IMG/VR virus record: IMGVR_UViG_3300037461_000586
Coordinates: 1 to 41,108 of that record
DNA from: a virus
Taxonomy: Duplodnaviria; Caudoviricetes
Reading direction: 5' to 3' (one strand)
DNA: 41,108 nucleotides
The notes under the pieces are model-generated. The model was not told where the DNA came from. It did no database searches and saw nothing but the letters and a program-made list of their open reading frames with translations. Both the position numbers and the translations under genes were made by a program. Below, in pieces: positions 15,726-25,559 of this stretch. Numbering within the stretch: position 1 is the first letter of the stretch; each line of letters opens with the position of its first letter.

Positions 15726-18700
15726 ATGAAACGCGCAGCACTGATTCTGCTTTGGCTCCTCGGCGCGTGCGTAGCCGTGGCCGCAGAGCCGCCGATTGAC
15801 GACGGCACGGTGCTCACAGACCCGAACGAGTACGATCTCCCCGCTGACTACACCGAAGACCTCAGCGCACGCACCGAGTCGAGCGCGACGTGGGTGAGCG
15901 GTGCCAGCAAGCGGACCATCGCCAGCGCGGGCCGGATGCACCACAAGATCGGTGGTGGGGCGTGGAAGAAGGTCCGCGCCCGGTGGCGTGTCGATGGTGA
16001 CGCGCTGGTCGCTGACGAGCTGCCGTACACGGCGAGGATCGAGACGCGCAGTAGCAAGACGTGGCTGGATGTTACGATTGGTGCCAATACCTACTCGACA
16101 CGTCTACCAGGCAAGCCGACGATCAGCGAAAACGTGGCGAGCTTTGAACTCAACACCGTGCCGTGTACATATGCCGTCGCCGCCACTGGGCTGAAGCTCT
16201 CATGCACCGTCAAGCGCAGCATCGGCTCGCGCACATGGTCGTTTGTCTACGATGGTCCTGCACTCAGCACGGGCACGGGGAATGCAATCAACCTCGGTGG
16301 AGGATGGGTGATTCCACGCGCTTACGCCATTGGTGCTAACGGAAAGCGATACAATGCCGGAGTGTGGAGCACCACGGCGAACTCGCTGTCGTTTGCGTGG
16401 GACGATAGCGAGCTGCCCGCCGAGGCGTACCCATATCGACTCGACCCGACGTATTACGCTACGACGGCGGACGGGTATGCGTACTCAGAAAATGCGAGTT
16501 ACGCTACAGCTAGGGCTACGGCAAGCGTGTTTGACAATGGTGGCGAGCTTCTATTTGTAGGACAGACCGTCTCCTTTACATACTCCGTCTATCGCGTGTA
16601 TTTGCCCTTCGACACCTCGGGTGTCGGATCGGACACCGTTACAGACGTTGATTTGTATCTGAAAGGCTACGACGGGTTCGACAATTCCACGCAGGATTTC
16701 GACGTGAAAATCGTCGAGTACAAAGGGTGGGCCACGGCCATTGACAGTGAGGCGGATTGGGACGGCTGCAACATCGACAATCAGGTTGCGGGCAACTGCA
16801 CCGGCAGCATGGCCCCCTATTCGTGTTGCACCGGCAACGGCACGGGGTGCGACGGGACGAAAAGCGTTGTGTGGCGTAACTCGTCGGCCTTTTCGACTGA
16901 CTATCTAGCTCAAACTGGTACGCTGACAAACGGATGGATCAACGGTAGCGGCACGACCTACTATTGCCTACGCTCATCTCGGGACGAGAGCAACACGCCG
17001 CCTGCGCAGTTTAACCCGGAGTACATAGGGCTTATGTCCGCAGACATGGCTGGCACGGGAGACGATCCGTACCTAAGTATTGCGCACTCTGCGGCGGCCA
17101 CGAGTACGCCAACCGTTCCCACCAGCACGCCGACGACGACGCCCACGAGCACGCCGACTGTAACCCATACCCCGACGCTGACTCCCGCGGTGCCGCCTCA
17201 GCCCGTCCAGAACACAGCCACGAGTACTGCCACCCCAACCCACACCCCGACTGCCACCAGCACGGCAACGCCAACCCAGACTCCGACCTTTACGGCAACT
17301 GCGACTCCAACGGCAACTCCTACGATTACGCCCACAGCAACAATCACACCGACACCAAGTCGCACACCCCCAGGTGGCTGCACGCAGGAGAAGAGAGACT
17401 GCACGAGTGCATCGACATCTGGAAGCGGGACCACTTGGTCGAATGGACAGAACATTCTTGCAACGGACGATTCATACGCAACGACTTCCGCATCCGGTGC
17501 CCAGACGAGCCAGTACATTTCCGCTCGTCTGTGCGACTTTGCGCTGGATGAGGGACGGGTGGTCAATCGCGTCACGGGCTACATCGAGAGGAGCGCCTCG
17601 GCGCAGGTCAGCACAGACGCAACGGTCTACTTCGTGTCGGGTGGATCCACGAAGGGAGATAATCTTGCAGATGATGAAACGCTCTGGCCTGCCTCGGATG
17701 GTATTGCATGGTACGATTCGACCGGGCATGCGTGGACGCGAGAGGAAGTAAACGCGCTCGATTTTGGTCTGCGCGTGTCCGTGCAAACGTCAGACAGTGG
17801 GACCAGTAAGATCGACCACATCTCGATTGAGGTAGAGCACTGCGCGGCGACCCCTACCGTCACTCCCACGATCACGGACACCCCAACCGTAACGCAGACG
17901 CCCACCCAGACCCCGACGCAAACTTCCACTTCTACCGCAACTTCGACGCCCACTCAGACCCCGACGAGCACGCCGACGCACACGCCGACCGTTACCCCGA
18001 CGAGTACCGCGACGGCAACGCCGACTCACACTCCGACGACAACCCCGACTGATACCCCAACTTCCACGCCGACGAGCACCCCAACCCACACCCCGACCAA
18101 AACTCCGAGCCAGACCCCGACGAGCACGCCGACGCACACGCCGACCAATACTCACACTGCGACGATGACTCCTGCCGTACTTCCGCAGGGTGTTCCAAAC
18201 ACTGTGACCTCGACCCCCACCGAGACGCCGACGCAGACTCCGACGAATACTCCTACTTCTACGCCAACTCATACGCCTACGGTTACGCCCACCCAGACTC
18301 CCAGCTCGACCCCCACCGAGACGCCGACGCAGACGGCGACCTCGACTCCAACCTCGTCGCCGACCGTTACGATAACGACGACTCCGACCAGCACGGCAAC
18401 GCCAACCCTCACCCCCGCTGTACCGCCTCAACCCGTTCTGAACACCGTCACGAGTACGCCGACGCACACGCCGACGCAGACCCAGACGAGCACAGCCACC
18501 CAGACCTCGACTTCGACGCCCAGTGAGACTCCTACAAGTACTCCTACTGCAACTGCGACTCCGACGATGAGCCCCTACGTGCCGCCGCAGCCAGTCCCAA
18601 ATACCGTAACGGGAACCCCGACTCAGACGCCGACGATCACGGCGACCTTGACCCCAACCCCGACACCGACCGAGACGGCCACGCCAACGCTCACTCCTGC

Positions 18701-19436
18701 GGTGCCGCCACAACCCGTGCCGAATACTCCGACGACAACCCCAACCCAGACTCCAACTTCGACGCCAACGGAGACCCCGAGCTCGACGCCGACAGAGACC
18801 CCGACAGAAACCCCCACGATTACCTCCGGGCCTAGTCATACCCCGACGTGGACTTTGACTCCTGCGGTTCCACCGCAGCCCGTGCCGAATACGCCGACTG
18901 ATACCCCGACCGCTACCGTTACGCACACGCCGACTCAGACCCCTACTTCTACCGTCACCCCGACACCCAGCATGACCCCGGCAGTCCCACCGCAGCCCGT
19001 GCCAAACACCGTAACCCAGACGCCAACTACGACGGCGACCTCGACTCCGACAGCGACCTCGACGCCCACCGTCACTCCTGCGGTGCCGCCTCAAGCGGTG
19101 CCGAACACCACAACCCCGACACCCACCATTACCGCAACGGCTACATCTACCGCGACGATGACCCCGTGGGTTCCAGTGCAACCCGTGCCCAACACCCCGA
19201 CCGAAACTCCGAGCGTAACTCCGAGCGCAACCCCCACAGAAACCCCGACGTATACCCCAACAACTACGCCCACGGAGACAGCGACGAGCACCCCATCGAC
19301 CACGCCGACCGAGACCCCCACGGCAACGCCGACCGAAACCACAACAGCAACATCAACCGCGACCCCCACCCAAACCCTAACGGTAACTCCAACAGCAACG
19401 GCATGGCGACCGAAACCGATGCCATGGATATTCTGA
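15726..19436 (+). CDS. giant secreted mucin-like protein (1236 aa): N-terminal YPYRLDPT and DNRLRE-like domains, a beta domain, very long Thr-Pro tracts
   Basis: GGAG SD; signal peptide [20 protein letters not shown]; [12 protein letters not shown]...VTDVDLYL (DNRLRE-like); about half the protein is TPT repeat. Confidence 0.85.
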   Translation: MKRAALILLWLLGACVAVAAEPPIDDGTVLTDPNEYDLPADYTEDLSARTESSATWVSGASKRTIASAGRMHHKIGGGAWKKVRARWRVDGDALVADELPYTARIETRSSKTWLDVTIGANTYSTRLPGKPTISENVASFELNTVPCTYAVAATGLKLSCTVKRSIGSRTWSFVYDGPALSTGTGNAINLGGGWVIPRAYAIGANGKRYNAGVWSTTANSLSFAWDDSELPAEAYPYRLDPTYYATTADGYAYSENASYATARATASVFDNGGELLFVGQTVSFTYSVYRVYLPFDTSGVGSDTVTDVDLYLKGYDGFDNSTQDFDVKIVEYKGWATAIDSEADWDGCNIDNQVAGNCTGSMAPYSCCTGNGTGCDGTKSVVWRNSSAFSTDYLAQTGTLTNGWINGSGTTYYCLRSSRDESNTPPAQFNPEYIGLMSADMAGTGDDPYLSIAHSAAATSTPTVPTSTPTTTPTSTPTVTHTPTLTPAVPPQPVQNTATSTATPTHTPTATSTATPTQTPTFTATATPTATPTITPTATITPTPSRTPPGGCTQEKRDCTSASTSGSGTTWSNGQNILATDDSYATTSASGAQTSQYISARLCDFALDEGRVVNRVTGYIERSASAQVSTDATVYFVSGGSTKGDNLADDETLWPASDGIAWYDSTGHAWTREEVNALDFGLRVSVQTSDSGTSKIDHISIEVEHCAATPTVTPTITDTPTVTQTPTQTPTQTSTSTATSTPTQTPTSTPTHTPTVTPTSTATATPTHTPTTTPTDTPTSTPTSTPTHTPTKTPSQTPTSTPTHTPTNTHTATMTPAVLPQGVPNTVTSTPTETPTQTPTNTPTSTPTHTPTVTPTQTPSSTPTETPTQTATSTPTSSPTVTITTTPTSTATPTLTPAVPPQPVLNTVTSTPTHTPTQTQTSTATQTSTSTPSETPTSTPTATATPTMSPYVPPQPVPNTVTGTPTQTPTITATLTPTPTPTETATPTLTPAVPPQPVPNTPTTTPTQTPTSTPTETPSSTPTETPTETPTITSGPSHTPTWTLTPAVPPQPVPNTPTDTPTATVTHTPTQTPTSTVTPTPSMTPAVPPQPVPNTVTQTPTTTATSTPTATSTPTVTPAVPPQAVPNTTTPTPTITATATSTATMTPWVPVQPVPNTPTETPSVTPSATPTETPTYTPTTTPTETATSTPSTTPTETPTATPTETTTATSTATPTQTLTVTPTATAWRPKPMPWIF
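17098..19400 (+). repeat. Thr-Pro coding repeats (about 17098-17370 and 17848-19400) punctuated by 9 [12 protein letters not shown]-like motifs
   Basis: Counted by eye in the translation. Confidence 0.9.
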
Positions 19437-19437
19437 T

Positions 19438-19692
19438 ATGGAAGGATGGGCAGTAGTTCTCGCATTTTTGCAGTTTGGTAGCCTGGTCGGGATTGTCGGC
19501 GGGGCGATTGCCATTGGTCGATGGACAGGGCGAACGACCTCCGAGATCAGCGGGTTACGCAAAGAGACGGGCCGGATCGCAGATGCGATGACCATTCAAA
19601 ATGGGCGCATCAAGCGAGCGGAGGAGCAGCTTATCCGCATTGACCAACGGTGTGAGGATAACGTCTGCCGCTACGGGATAGAAAAGGAATGA
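19438..19692 (+). CDS. single-TM coiled-coil protein (holin/antiholin or i-spanin-like)
   Basis: N-terminal TM then coiled coil; immediately upstream of the endolysin. Confidence 0.6.
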   Translation: MEGWAVVLAFLQFGSLVGIVGGAIAIGRWTGRTTSEISGLRKETGRIADAMTIQNGRIKRAEEQLIRIDQRCEDNVCRYGIEKE

Positions 19693-20066
19693 CCCGTACA
19701 GAGGCACGATGGTTTCTCGTGAGCATGTTTCAGCGCCTTTCCGCGTTTGCCGCTCAGGAGGACCTGCCGTTCATCGTGACGTGCTTTTATCGAACCGCAT
19801 CCGAACAGGCTCAGATGCTCGCGGCTGGCAGAAGCAAAGTGAAGCGGAGCCAACACCAAGACTGGCTGGCGATCGACATTGTGCTGGTGGATTCGAAATG
19901 GCAAGCGATCTGGGAGCATCATCGAGGAGACGGATACGAAAAGCTGGGGCTCTATTGGGAGTCCCTTTCTCCACATCTACGATGGGGCGGAAATTTCGGG
20001 CGTACTGAGAATCAGGTTGGATGGGATCCCTACCACTTTGAACTTGCTCGGGAGGCACTGAAATGA
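19689..20066 (+). CDS. endolysin, peptidase M15 family
   Basis: YRTASEQ, SQHQDWLAIDI (SxHxxxxAxD), WGGNF and DPYHFE zinc-peptidase motifs. Confidence 0.9.
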   Translation: MTRTEARWFLVSMFQRLSAFAAQEDLPFIVTCFYRTASEQAQMLAAGRSKVKRSQHQDWLAIDIVLVDSKWQAIWEHHRGDGYEKLGLYWESLSPHLRWGGNFGRTENQVGWDPYHFELAREALK

Positions 20067-20722
20067 CTCGAACGGAACTGGTGGCAGCAGCGGCGCGGCG
20101 TTTGGGCGAAGAGTCCGACGCTTTCAAGTCGATCATCGACAACGAGTTCCCCTTCGTGATCCGCGACCTGGCCGCCCATCAGGCAATGGGTTTGCTGACA
20201 GCCTCGGCGACGGTGACTCTGACTGCCTCGACCCGGGCATACAACGTGAAGACGCTCCTCAGCATCAGCAACGAGGTCTGGGACATCGAATCAGTCGTCG
20301 TCTACGACTGGGGGCCGACTCAGGGCATCATCCGAAGGGCAAACACCAACTACGAGTTCATGCAACAGCGCCTCACTGATGGTGAGACGTGCGAAGGGCG
20401 ACCGACGCTCTGGCGATTCTTCCCGCTGCGCTCGACGATCGAGTTTCACCCGATTCCCGATGCTGATGCGGCGGCGGCGAGCTTCGAGATCGCTTACATC
20501 GCGGAACCCACGGTCGTCGCCTCGGGAACCGAGGTGTCGCAGGTTCGTATCGAGGATCAGGAGACAATCGTGTGGGGTCTCATGGCTCGCATGGCCCCGT
20601 TCAAGGAGGACTACGCCAACGATGCTGACAAGTGGTGGCAACTCTACCTAGCTGGCATCGAGCGCATGAAGGGCAACCGATTCAACTCAACCCCGGGCCG
20701 AATCGAACCGATGGAGCTGTGA
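20063..20722 (+). CDS. head-tail adaptor / tail tubular protein A-like
   Basis: MTRTELVAAAARRLGE start, GRPT and IEFHPIPD motifs; podovirus gene order. Confidence 0.75.
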   Translation: MTRTELVAAAARRLGEESDAFKSIIDNEFPFVIRDLAAHQAMGLLTASATVTLTASTRAYNVKTLLSISNEVWDIESVVVYDWGPTQGIIRRANTNYEFMQQRLTDGETCEGRPTLWRFFPLRSTIEFHPIPDADAAAASFEIAYIAEPTVVASGTEVSQVRIEDQETIVWGLMARMAPFKEDYANDADKWWQLYLAGIERMKGNRFNSTPGRIEPMEL

Positions 20723-20724
20723 CA

Positions 20725-22755
20725 ATGCCCTCGATCAAGTTCAGCGACTTCTCCGCAGGGCTTTGGATCCCCGCTGACACCGACCTTTTCGATCCGCAGC
20801 CTGGCTTTGCCATTCCCGAGAATGCCCTTCTTGTCGCTGAGAATGTCGAGTATCTTCCCTCAGGGGGGCTACGTGGCCGGCGTGGCAAGACGTTGCGAAC
20901 CGCTGGGCCGATTCCGAGTGCCAGTAATACCGTGGGATTGTGGCGACACTATGGCCGGCGCGGGCAAGTCAGTTCTGTCAAGAACCCAACTGCGGTGGTT
21001 ACTGACGGTGCCTACGGAACAGAGGACTGGAATAACTATCTTCAGTCGATGTACCAGGACTCCATCCCTGCAACCGTGACGCTGCCTACAGGCAGCCATC
21101 TTTCCTATTACCTGCGGTGGTCCAAGTTCGGGTTTACCATCCCCGCAGCCGCAACGATCACTGGCATAGAGGTACAGGTGCGTCGATGCCAACAGGGCAA
21201 TGCAAGCAGCGGGACTGTGCGCGACGTGCAACTGCGCCTGAGCAAGGAGGTGGGTGTCCTCGTCGGAGACAACAAGGCGTACTTCGGGCTGAACTGGCCG
21301 GTTGATGACTACCAGTGGGAAACCTACGGTGGGCCGAGCGAACTGTGGGGAACAACCTGGACCCCAAGCGACATCAACTCTTCGGCGTTTGCAGTCTACT
21401 TCAGCGTCGGCAGCACGCATGGCGATGAGGTGGCGCAGGTGGACAGCGCACGGGTGACGATCTTCTACACGGTTGATGACGACTACCGGCACTTCCTGGC
21501 TGCGGTAACGCGCAGCTCGTTTCTGGAAGTTTGGAAAGAGAATCCCAGCGTTCCGGGGAATTTTACCAAGCTGGTGCAGATGCTCAATTCAGGCTACCGC
21601 CCCAAGTTCGTCTATTGGCCGGCGCGGAACATGACCTTCGTCTTCTGCGGCGGAGACACCCTATACAGCTACAACGGGGTCAACTTCAGTGGCGTGCTGT
21701 CTGGGATCATTGCGGACGTGACGATGACGCCCCGCACGGGTCCGCATGCCACGCTTTACAGGGACCGACTCTATGCTACCGACCCCGACGAACTAAACTA
21801 CTCGATCTACGCCTCCGACGTCCTGGACGAAACAATCTGGAGACCGGACGCGCATCTGAACGTGTCCGACCCGCAGGGGGGAAGGATCAACGGGCTCGAA
21901 GCGTGGGGCGACTCGCTCTGGATCTTCAAGGAGACCTCGATTTGGAGGTGGACGGGAGACGTGTCGCTGGAGGCCGGCATCGGGTCTTTGAGTCAGGTGT
22001 CCGAGCGGGGGTGCGTGGCCCCGGCAACGATCCAAGTCACGCCTTGGGGCATTGTCTACCTCGCCAGTGATGGGCTCTTTGCCATGACTACGGAAGGCGA
22101 GCAGGAACTATCCGCTCCGATCCGACCCCTATTCGCAAGTCGCAAGTCTCAGAACGTTTACACGACGGCTGTCGGCGTCTATCACGGACGGCGAGAGGCG
22201 TATTACCTGAAGCTCGATCCGACCGCCGACGAGTGCTACGTCTGCCATCGGGTTCAGATCCCAACCAGCGACGGTGTGCAAATCAGCTTCGCTTGGTCGA
22301 AGATCCCGTCATTGAGGATGACCGCAGCCTGCACCTGGCCGGGGGAACAGGACAAAGGCGAACTGTTCCTCGGAGATGTGCAGGGCTATATCTGGGAAGC
22401 GGACGTTGGGACGAGCGACACTGCTGTCCCTATTGTTAGTACCATTCAGACTCCATTTCGCAGCCTGTCTGGAGATCGGGTGTTGGGCCGCGCCTACGAG
22501 GCGGAGGTGATCTACCGAGGCACAGCCGCACTGTCGGGCGATCTACGCTACGACCAGGCGATAGCCGCGCAAGTTGCGCTGGCTCTCGGCTCCGCCATGC
22601 CCTTGCCGGCGTTTCAGTATCCGCGCCAGACGATCGTTGATCAGGCGAACCTGGGCCGGTTTGTCTCCGTGACTCTGACCTGTGCGGAGGGGGGTCCGGA
22701 GTACGAGTTGCACGAGATCAGCCTATCCACGCACTTGAGGAGCAAGCGGCGATGA
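20725..22755 (+). CDS. tail nozzle/stabilisation protein (P22 gp10 / T7 gp12-like) with an inserted beta-sandwich domain
   Basis: DFSAGL, LLVAENVEY...GGLRGRRG, YRDRLY, LWIFKETSIW, GCVAPATI and YLASDGLF beta-propeller motifs. Confidence 0.8.
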   Translation: MPSIKFSDFSAGLWIPADTDLFDPQPGFAIPENALLVAENVEYLPSGGLRGRRGKTLRTAGPIPSASNTVGLWRHYGRRGQVSSVKNPTAVVTDGAYGTEDWNNYLQSMYQDSIPATVTLPTGSHLSYYLRWSKFGFTIPAAATITGIEVQVRRCQQGNASSGTVRDVQLRLSKEVGVLVGDNKAYFGLNWPVDDYQWETYGGPSELWGTTWTPSDINSSAFAVYFSVGSTHGDEVAQVDSARVTIFYTVDDDYRHFLAAVTRSSFLEVWKENPSVPGNFTKLVQMLNSGYRPKFVYWPARNMTFVFCGGDTLYSYNGVNFSGVLSGIIADVTMTPRTGPHATLYRDRLYATDPDELNYSIYASDVLDETIWRPDAHLNVSDPQGGRINGLEAWGDSLWIFKETSIWRWTGDVSLEAGIGSLSQVSERGCVAPATIQVTPWGIVYLASDGLFAMTTEGEQELSAPIRPLFASRKSQNVYTTAVGVYHGRREAYYLKLDPTADECYVCHRVQIPTSDGVQISFAWSKIPSLRMTAACTWPGEQDKGELFLGDVQGYIWEADVGTSDTAVPIVSTIQTPFRSLSGDRVLGRAYEAEVIYRGTAALSGDLRYDQAIAAQVALALGSAMPLPAFQYPRQTIVDQANLGRFVSVTLTCAEGGPEYELHEISLSTHLRSKRR

Positions 22756-23159
22756 CGTTCTCGACGGTCCCACCGTTGCCGGCGAGTTTTGCTCCCTTGT
22801 ATCTGTACCTCAGCCGAAGGGACCGCGGGGCACCGAACGTGCTTCCGCAGCCGAGCGCCTTGGTCACGACGACACCGACGACCGGGTTCTACTTCGACCT
22901 GCTTTCCTGGGAGTACCCCACACCAAACAAGCTCCGTGGCGACCTTGGAGCAGACGCCTTCGTGATTTGGTGGGAGAACGACGACACGGACGACCCGCAG
23001 TACTGCGCTGCCGTGCTGCCCGTCTCCGCACGGCAATGGGGGCAGCTCGTTCCGACCCCGTGGCGAAGGAGTTACGCCATCACCGCAGTACGGTTCTGCC
23101 ACGCGGGGCCGGAAGAGAGCGCGAAGCAGCAAGTCACCGCTTGGCGGAACCTCACGTAA
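22752..23159 (+). CDS. hypothetical tail-region protein
   Basis: ATGA-coupled to the upstream gene. Confidence 0.6.
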   Translation: MTFSTVPPLPASFAPLYLYLSRRDRGAPNVLPQPSALVTTTPTTGFYFDLLSWEYPTPNKLRGDLGADAFVIWWENDDTDDPQYCAAVLPVSARQWGQLVPTPWRRSYAITAVRFCHAGPEESAKQQVTAWRNLT

Positions 23160-23179
23160 GTGATAGAACAGAGTTTGAA

Positions 23180-23728
23180 ATGATCCCTTTGCTTGCAGCG
23201 ATCCTCGGTGGAGCGAAAACAGCCGCGGCCCTGGCTGGACAGGCAGGTTCGGCAATCGGCAGCGGGATCGGCCATCTCGCGTCGAGCGCAAGCTCGTTGG
23301 CGAGCAACGCCGCGGGTCTTGGTGGCGGAGGGGCCAGTGCGGCTCCGCTCGCGGGTTCGGCGGGAGCGACGGCGAGACTCGCTGGGCAGGGATTCAGCGG
23401 TCTCCAGGTCGAGGCGCTGAAGCAAGGAGCTTTGGCGGGTACTGAAGCGGCAGGGGGTGGAGGTTTCGGAGCGGGCTTGAGTTCGATGGCTCCAGGCGTG
23501 TCCAACATCTTTGGTGCGCAGACTGGCGAGGCTCTTGCTCGGATCGGGCAGGGCTTGGAGACTGGCAACTACAGTCGGGCGCTTCAAGGGGCTGGGATGC
23601 TTCAAGGTGGATCCCCAGCTCCAAGCGCACCGCTGGACGATTCGGACATGATCCGGAGCAGAGCGCAAGTTGCGCCACCGCAGAGGAGACATGGACGACC
23701 CTTGCGCATGTTCGTCGGGCAACGCTGA
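23180..23728 (+). CDS. Gly/Ala-rich putative ejection (pilot) protein
   Basis: MIPLLAAILGGAKTAAALAG...; composition and position typical of internal virion proteins. Confidence 0.65.
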   Translation: MIPLLAAILGGAKTAAALAGQAGSAIGSGIGHLASSASSLASNAAGLGGGGASAAPLAGSAGATARLAGQGFSGLQVEALKQGALAGTEAAGGGGFGAGLSSMAPGVSNIFGAQTGEALARIGQGLETGNYSRALQGAGMLQGGSPAPSAPLDDSDMIRSRAQVAPPQRRHGRPLRMFVGQR

Positions 23729-24170
23729 CCTGTCCTTTGAGGCTGTAGCGCGGATCTATCTCTGGGCTGCGGATCATCCGATCACGTCTGAGTCTGTGCA
23801 ACGGCAGGTCGATCTAGCCGAGTTCTGCAAGCGGCACGGGACGTTTCGCTGGCTGTGGAGCGACGAGGAGCTGGTCGGCTTTGGCGAATGGCTCAGGCTG
23901 GAGATGGAGCATCTTCCGGTGCTCGACAGGATGCAGGAGGACGGGGGCTGGCTCGAACTGACCGAAGACGAGATCCAGAATGGCCCCGTGCTCTACTGGG
24001 CTAACGGCTTCTGCATCAAGCGTGGCGTGGCGTGGAAACAAGGGCAGGCAGTCGCTCAGTTGCCCGGGGTCACGCACGTTGCGGGCTGGCAAAAAGGCAG
24101 GGTGCATATTTCGACGGTCGAGGAGGTTCTCTCATGCCGTTCATTGAGGCAGTGGCTTTCCCAGACTTGA
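23691..24170 (+). CDS. GNAT/HlyC-like acyltransferase-fold protein
   Basis: AGGAG SD; FRWLWSDEELVGFGEWLRL...DEIQNGPVLYWANGF resembles the RTX-activating acyltransferase pattern; position like T7 gp13. Confidence 0.45.
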   Translation: MDDPCACSSGNADLSFEAVARIYLWAADHPITSESVQRQVDLAEFCKRHGTFRWLWSDEELVGFGEWLRLEMEHLPVLDRMQEDGGWLELTEDEIQNGPVLYWANGFCIKRGVAWKQGQAVAQLPGVTHVAGWQKGRVHISTVEEVLSCRSLRQWLSQT

Positions 24171-25549
24171 TTGCGGTCATTGTGAGCTTGGCGCTGATCC
24201 TGCTCGTTGTCGGCGTGTCGGGATCAAGCTCGAAAAGCAAGCAGACCGGCACGTCCACAACCGAATCGGGCACCCGTTTCCCGTGGGAGATGTTGCAGTC
24301 GGGTGGACAGTACCTCGGAAAAATGCCCACGATGGAAGACCTGGCACGGCTTGCACCTTCCACGACGGGGCTCTTTGGCGGAACGACCGGACTGTATCAG
24401 CCGCAGGCGTATCAAGCTCCTGCGGGAAATCAGGTTGGGATCTCGAACGTCGTTCAGCCAACCGCCCAACAGCAGGGGCAGCCAGCGCAGGTGCAGCCGA
24501 CCGCACCGAAGACCTACAGCATGTCTGACTTCGCGGCGACACTCGCAAAGGACTCGCACGGCAAGTACCGCATCCCGATGGTGCAGCAGAGACTCTCTAA
24601 CGCAGGATACGACCCCAACAACTTTACCCTGGAGCAGTTGCAGAAGGTCACGCAGGGAGACAGCGACATCCTCATCGGGAAGGGAGTCCGCGCCCTCGCC
24701 GACGAGGCCGCTACGCAGCAGGCTGTCATGCAGCAGGAGGCCGCTACGCAGCAGGCTGTCATGCAGCCGCAGGTACCGCAGTTCGTCAGCCAGACCGTCG
24801 CGCCTGGAATCGGGGCTGCGCTTCCTGCGGGGATGGAGGGCAGCATTGCCAACCTGGGATTCGGGCAGACCCCACAGACCTACACGCAGCGCGAGGTGGG
24901 GGCTGCCCCGGAAGTTACCGCTCGCGGGGTAGCCGACATCTTCACACCCGGGGGCCGGCAGCGGCTCTCCAACGAGATGTTTGAGGCGCAGTACCTTCCC
25001 GTCGAGCGCCGGCTGAACCTCGAGCAGCAGCAGGCAGACAAAGCTCTCAACGCCCAGCTTGCGCAGGCAGGACTTGCATCGAGCGGGGCCGGCATTGGGC
25101 AGCGGGCGCAGCAGGGGCTCGAATACACCAGGGAGCGGGCCGCGGCAGCGAAGGAAGCGGCAGCGAACGCAGCGGCGCAGTCGCAGCAGATGCGGCTGGA
25201 AGCTTCGGGGATCGACGTTACGGCACAGACCGCTGCCGCAGACAACGTGCTCAAGGGTAACATGGCGAATGCGACAAACTACCTGGAGGCAATCAAACTG
25301 TCTACGGATGAGGCGGCAAAGGCGCGGCAACAATTCCTCGATCTGCTTGGATTGCAGGAAGACGACTTGAAGCGCATGGACCAAGCGCAACTGAGTGCGA
25401 TCACGACACTGCTTGAGCCCTTCCTCGCGGAGTGGGGCATCCTCGGACAGCTTGGCGAGTACCAGCTTGGCACCGAGACCAGCAAGAAGACTTCGAAGTC
25501 CGGATCTGGCGGTATGAGCCTGAGCACTGGCTCGACGAGCGCCGGATAG
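24134..25549 (+). CDS. putative ejection protein with N-terminal TM segment
   Basis: GAGGAGG SD; hydrophobic helix then GSSSKSKQTGTSTT...PW; LAQAGLASSGAG; Gln/Ala-rich. Confidence 0.75.
   Translation: MPFIEAVAFPDLIAVIVSLALILLVVGVSGSSSKSKQTGTSTTESGTRFPWEMLQSGGQYLGKMPTMEDLARLAPSTTGLFGGTTGLYQPQAYQAPAGNQVGISNVVQPTAQQQGQPAQVQPTAPKTYSMSDFAATLAKDSHGKYRIPMVQQRLSNAGYDPNNFTLEQLQKVTQGDSDILIGKGVRALADEAATQQAVMQQEAATQQAVMQPQVPQFVSQTVAPGIGAALPAGMEGSIANLGFGQTPQTYTQREVGAAPEVTARGVADIFTPGGRQRLSNEMFEAQYLPVERRLNLEQQQADKALNAQLAQAGLASSGAGIGQRAQQGLEYTRERAAAAKEAAANAAAQSQQMRLEASGIDVTAQTAAADNVLKGNMANATNYLEAIKLSTDEAAKARQQFLDLLGLQEDDLKRMDQAQLSAITTLLEPFLAEWGILGQLGEYQLGTETSKKTSKSGSGGMSLSTGSTSAG
24704..24767 (+). repeat. 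33-bp-period in-frame tandem duplication (EAATQQAVMQ x2)
   Basis: GAGGCCGCTACGCAGCAGGCTGTCATGCAGC occurs at 24704 and 24737. Confidence 0.9.
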
Positions 25550-25559
25550 GGGCGGAAAC

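Noticed and set aside
17848-19400. Ice-binding TxT beta-helix, or N-glycosylation sequons in the PNT motif
   Set aside because: High Pro content is incompatible with a regular beta-solenoid, and most copies are N-T-V, N-T-P or N-T-A, which are not N-x-S/T sequons.
17098-19465. Long minus-strand ORFs (VGVGV- or Arg-rich), also at 7274-7588 and 14227-14478
   Set aside because: Antisense shadows of Thr-Pro repeats; no SD and no independent domain content.
13576-22755. Diversity-generating retroelement targeting the receptor-binding-like domains
   Set aside because: No reverse transcriptase ORF, and no TR/VR pair differing at adenines was seen.
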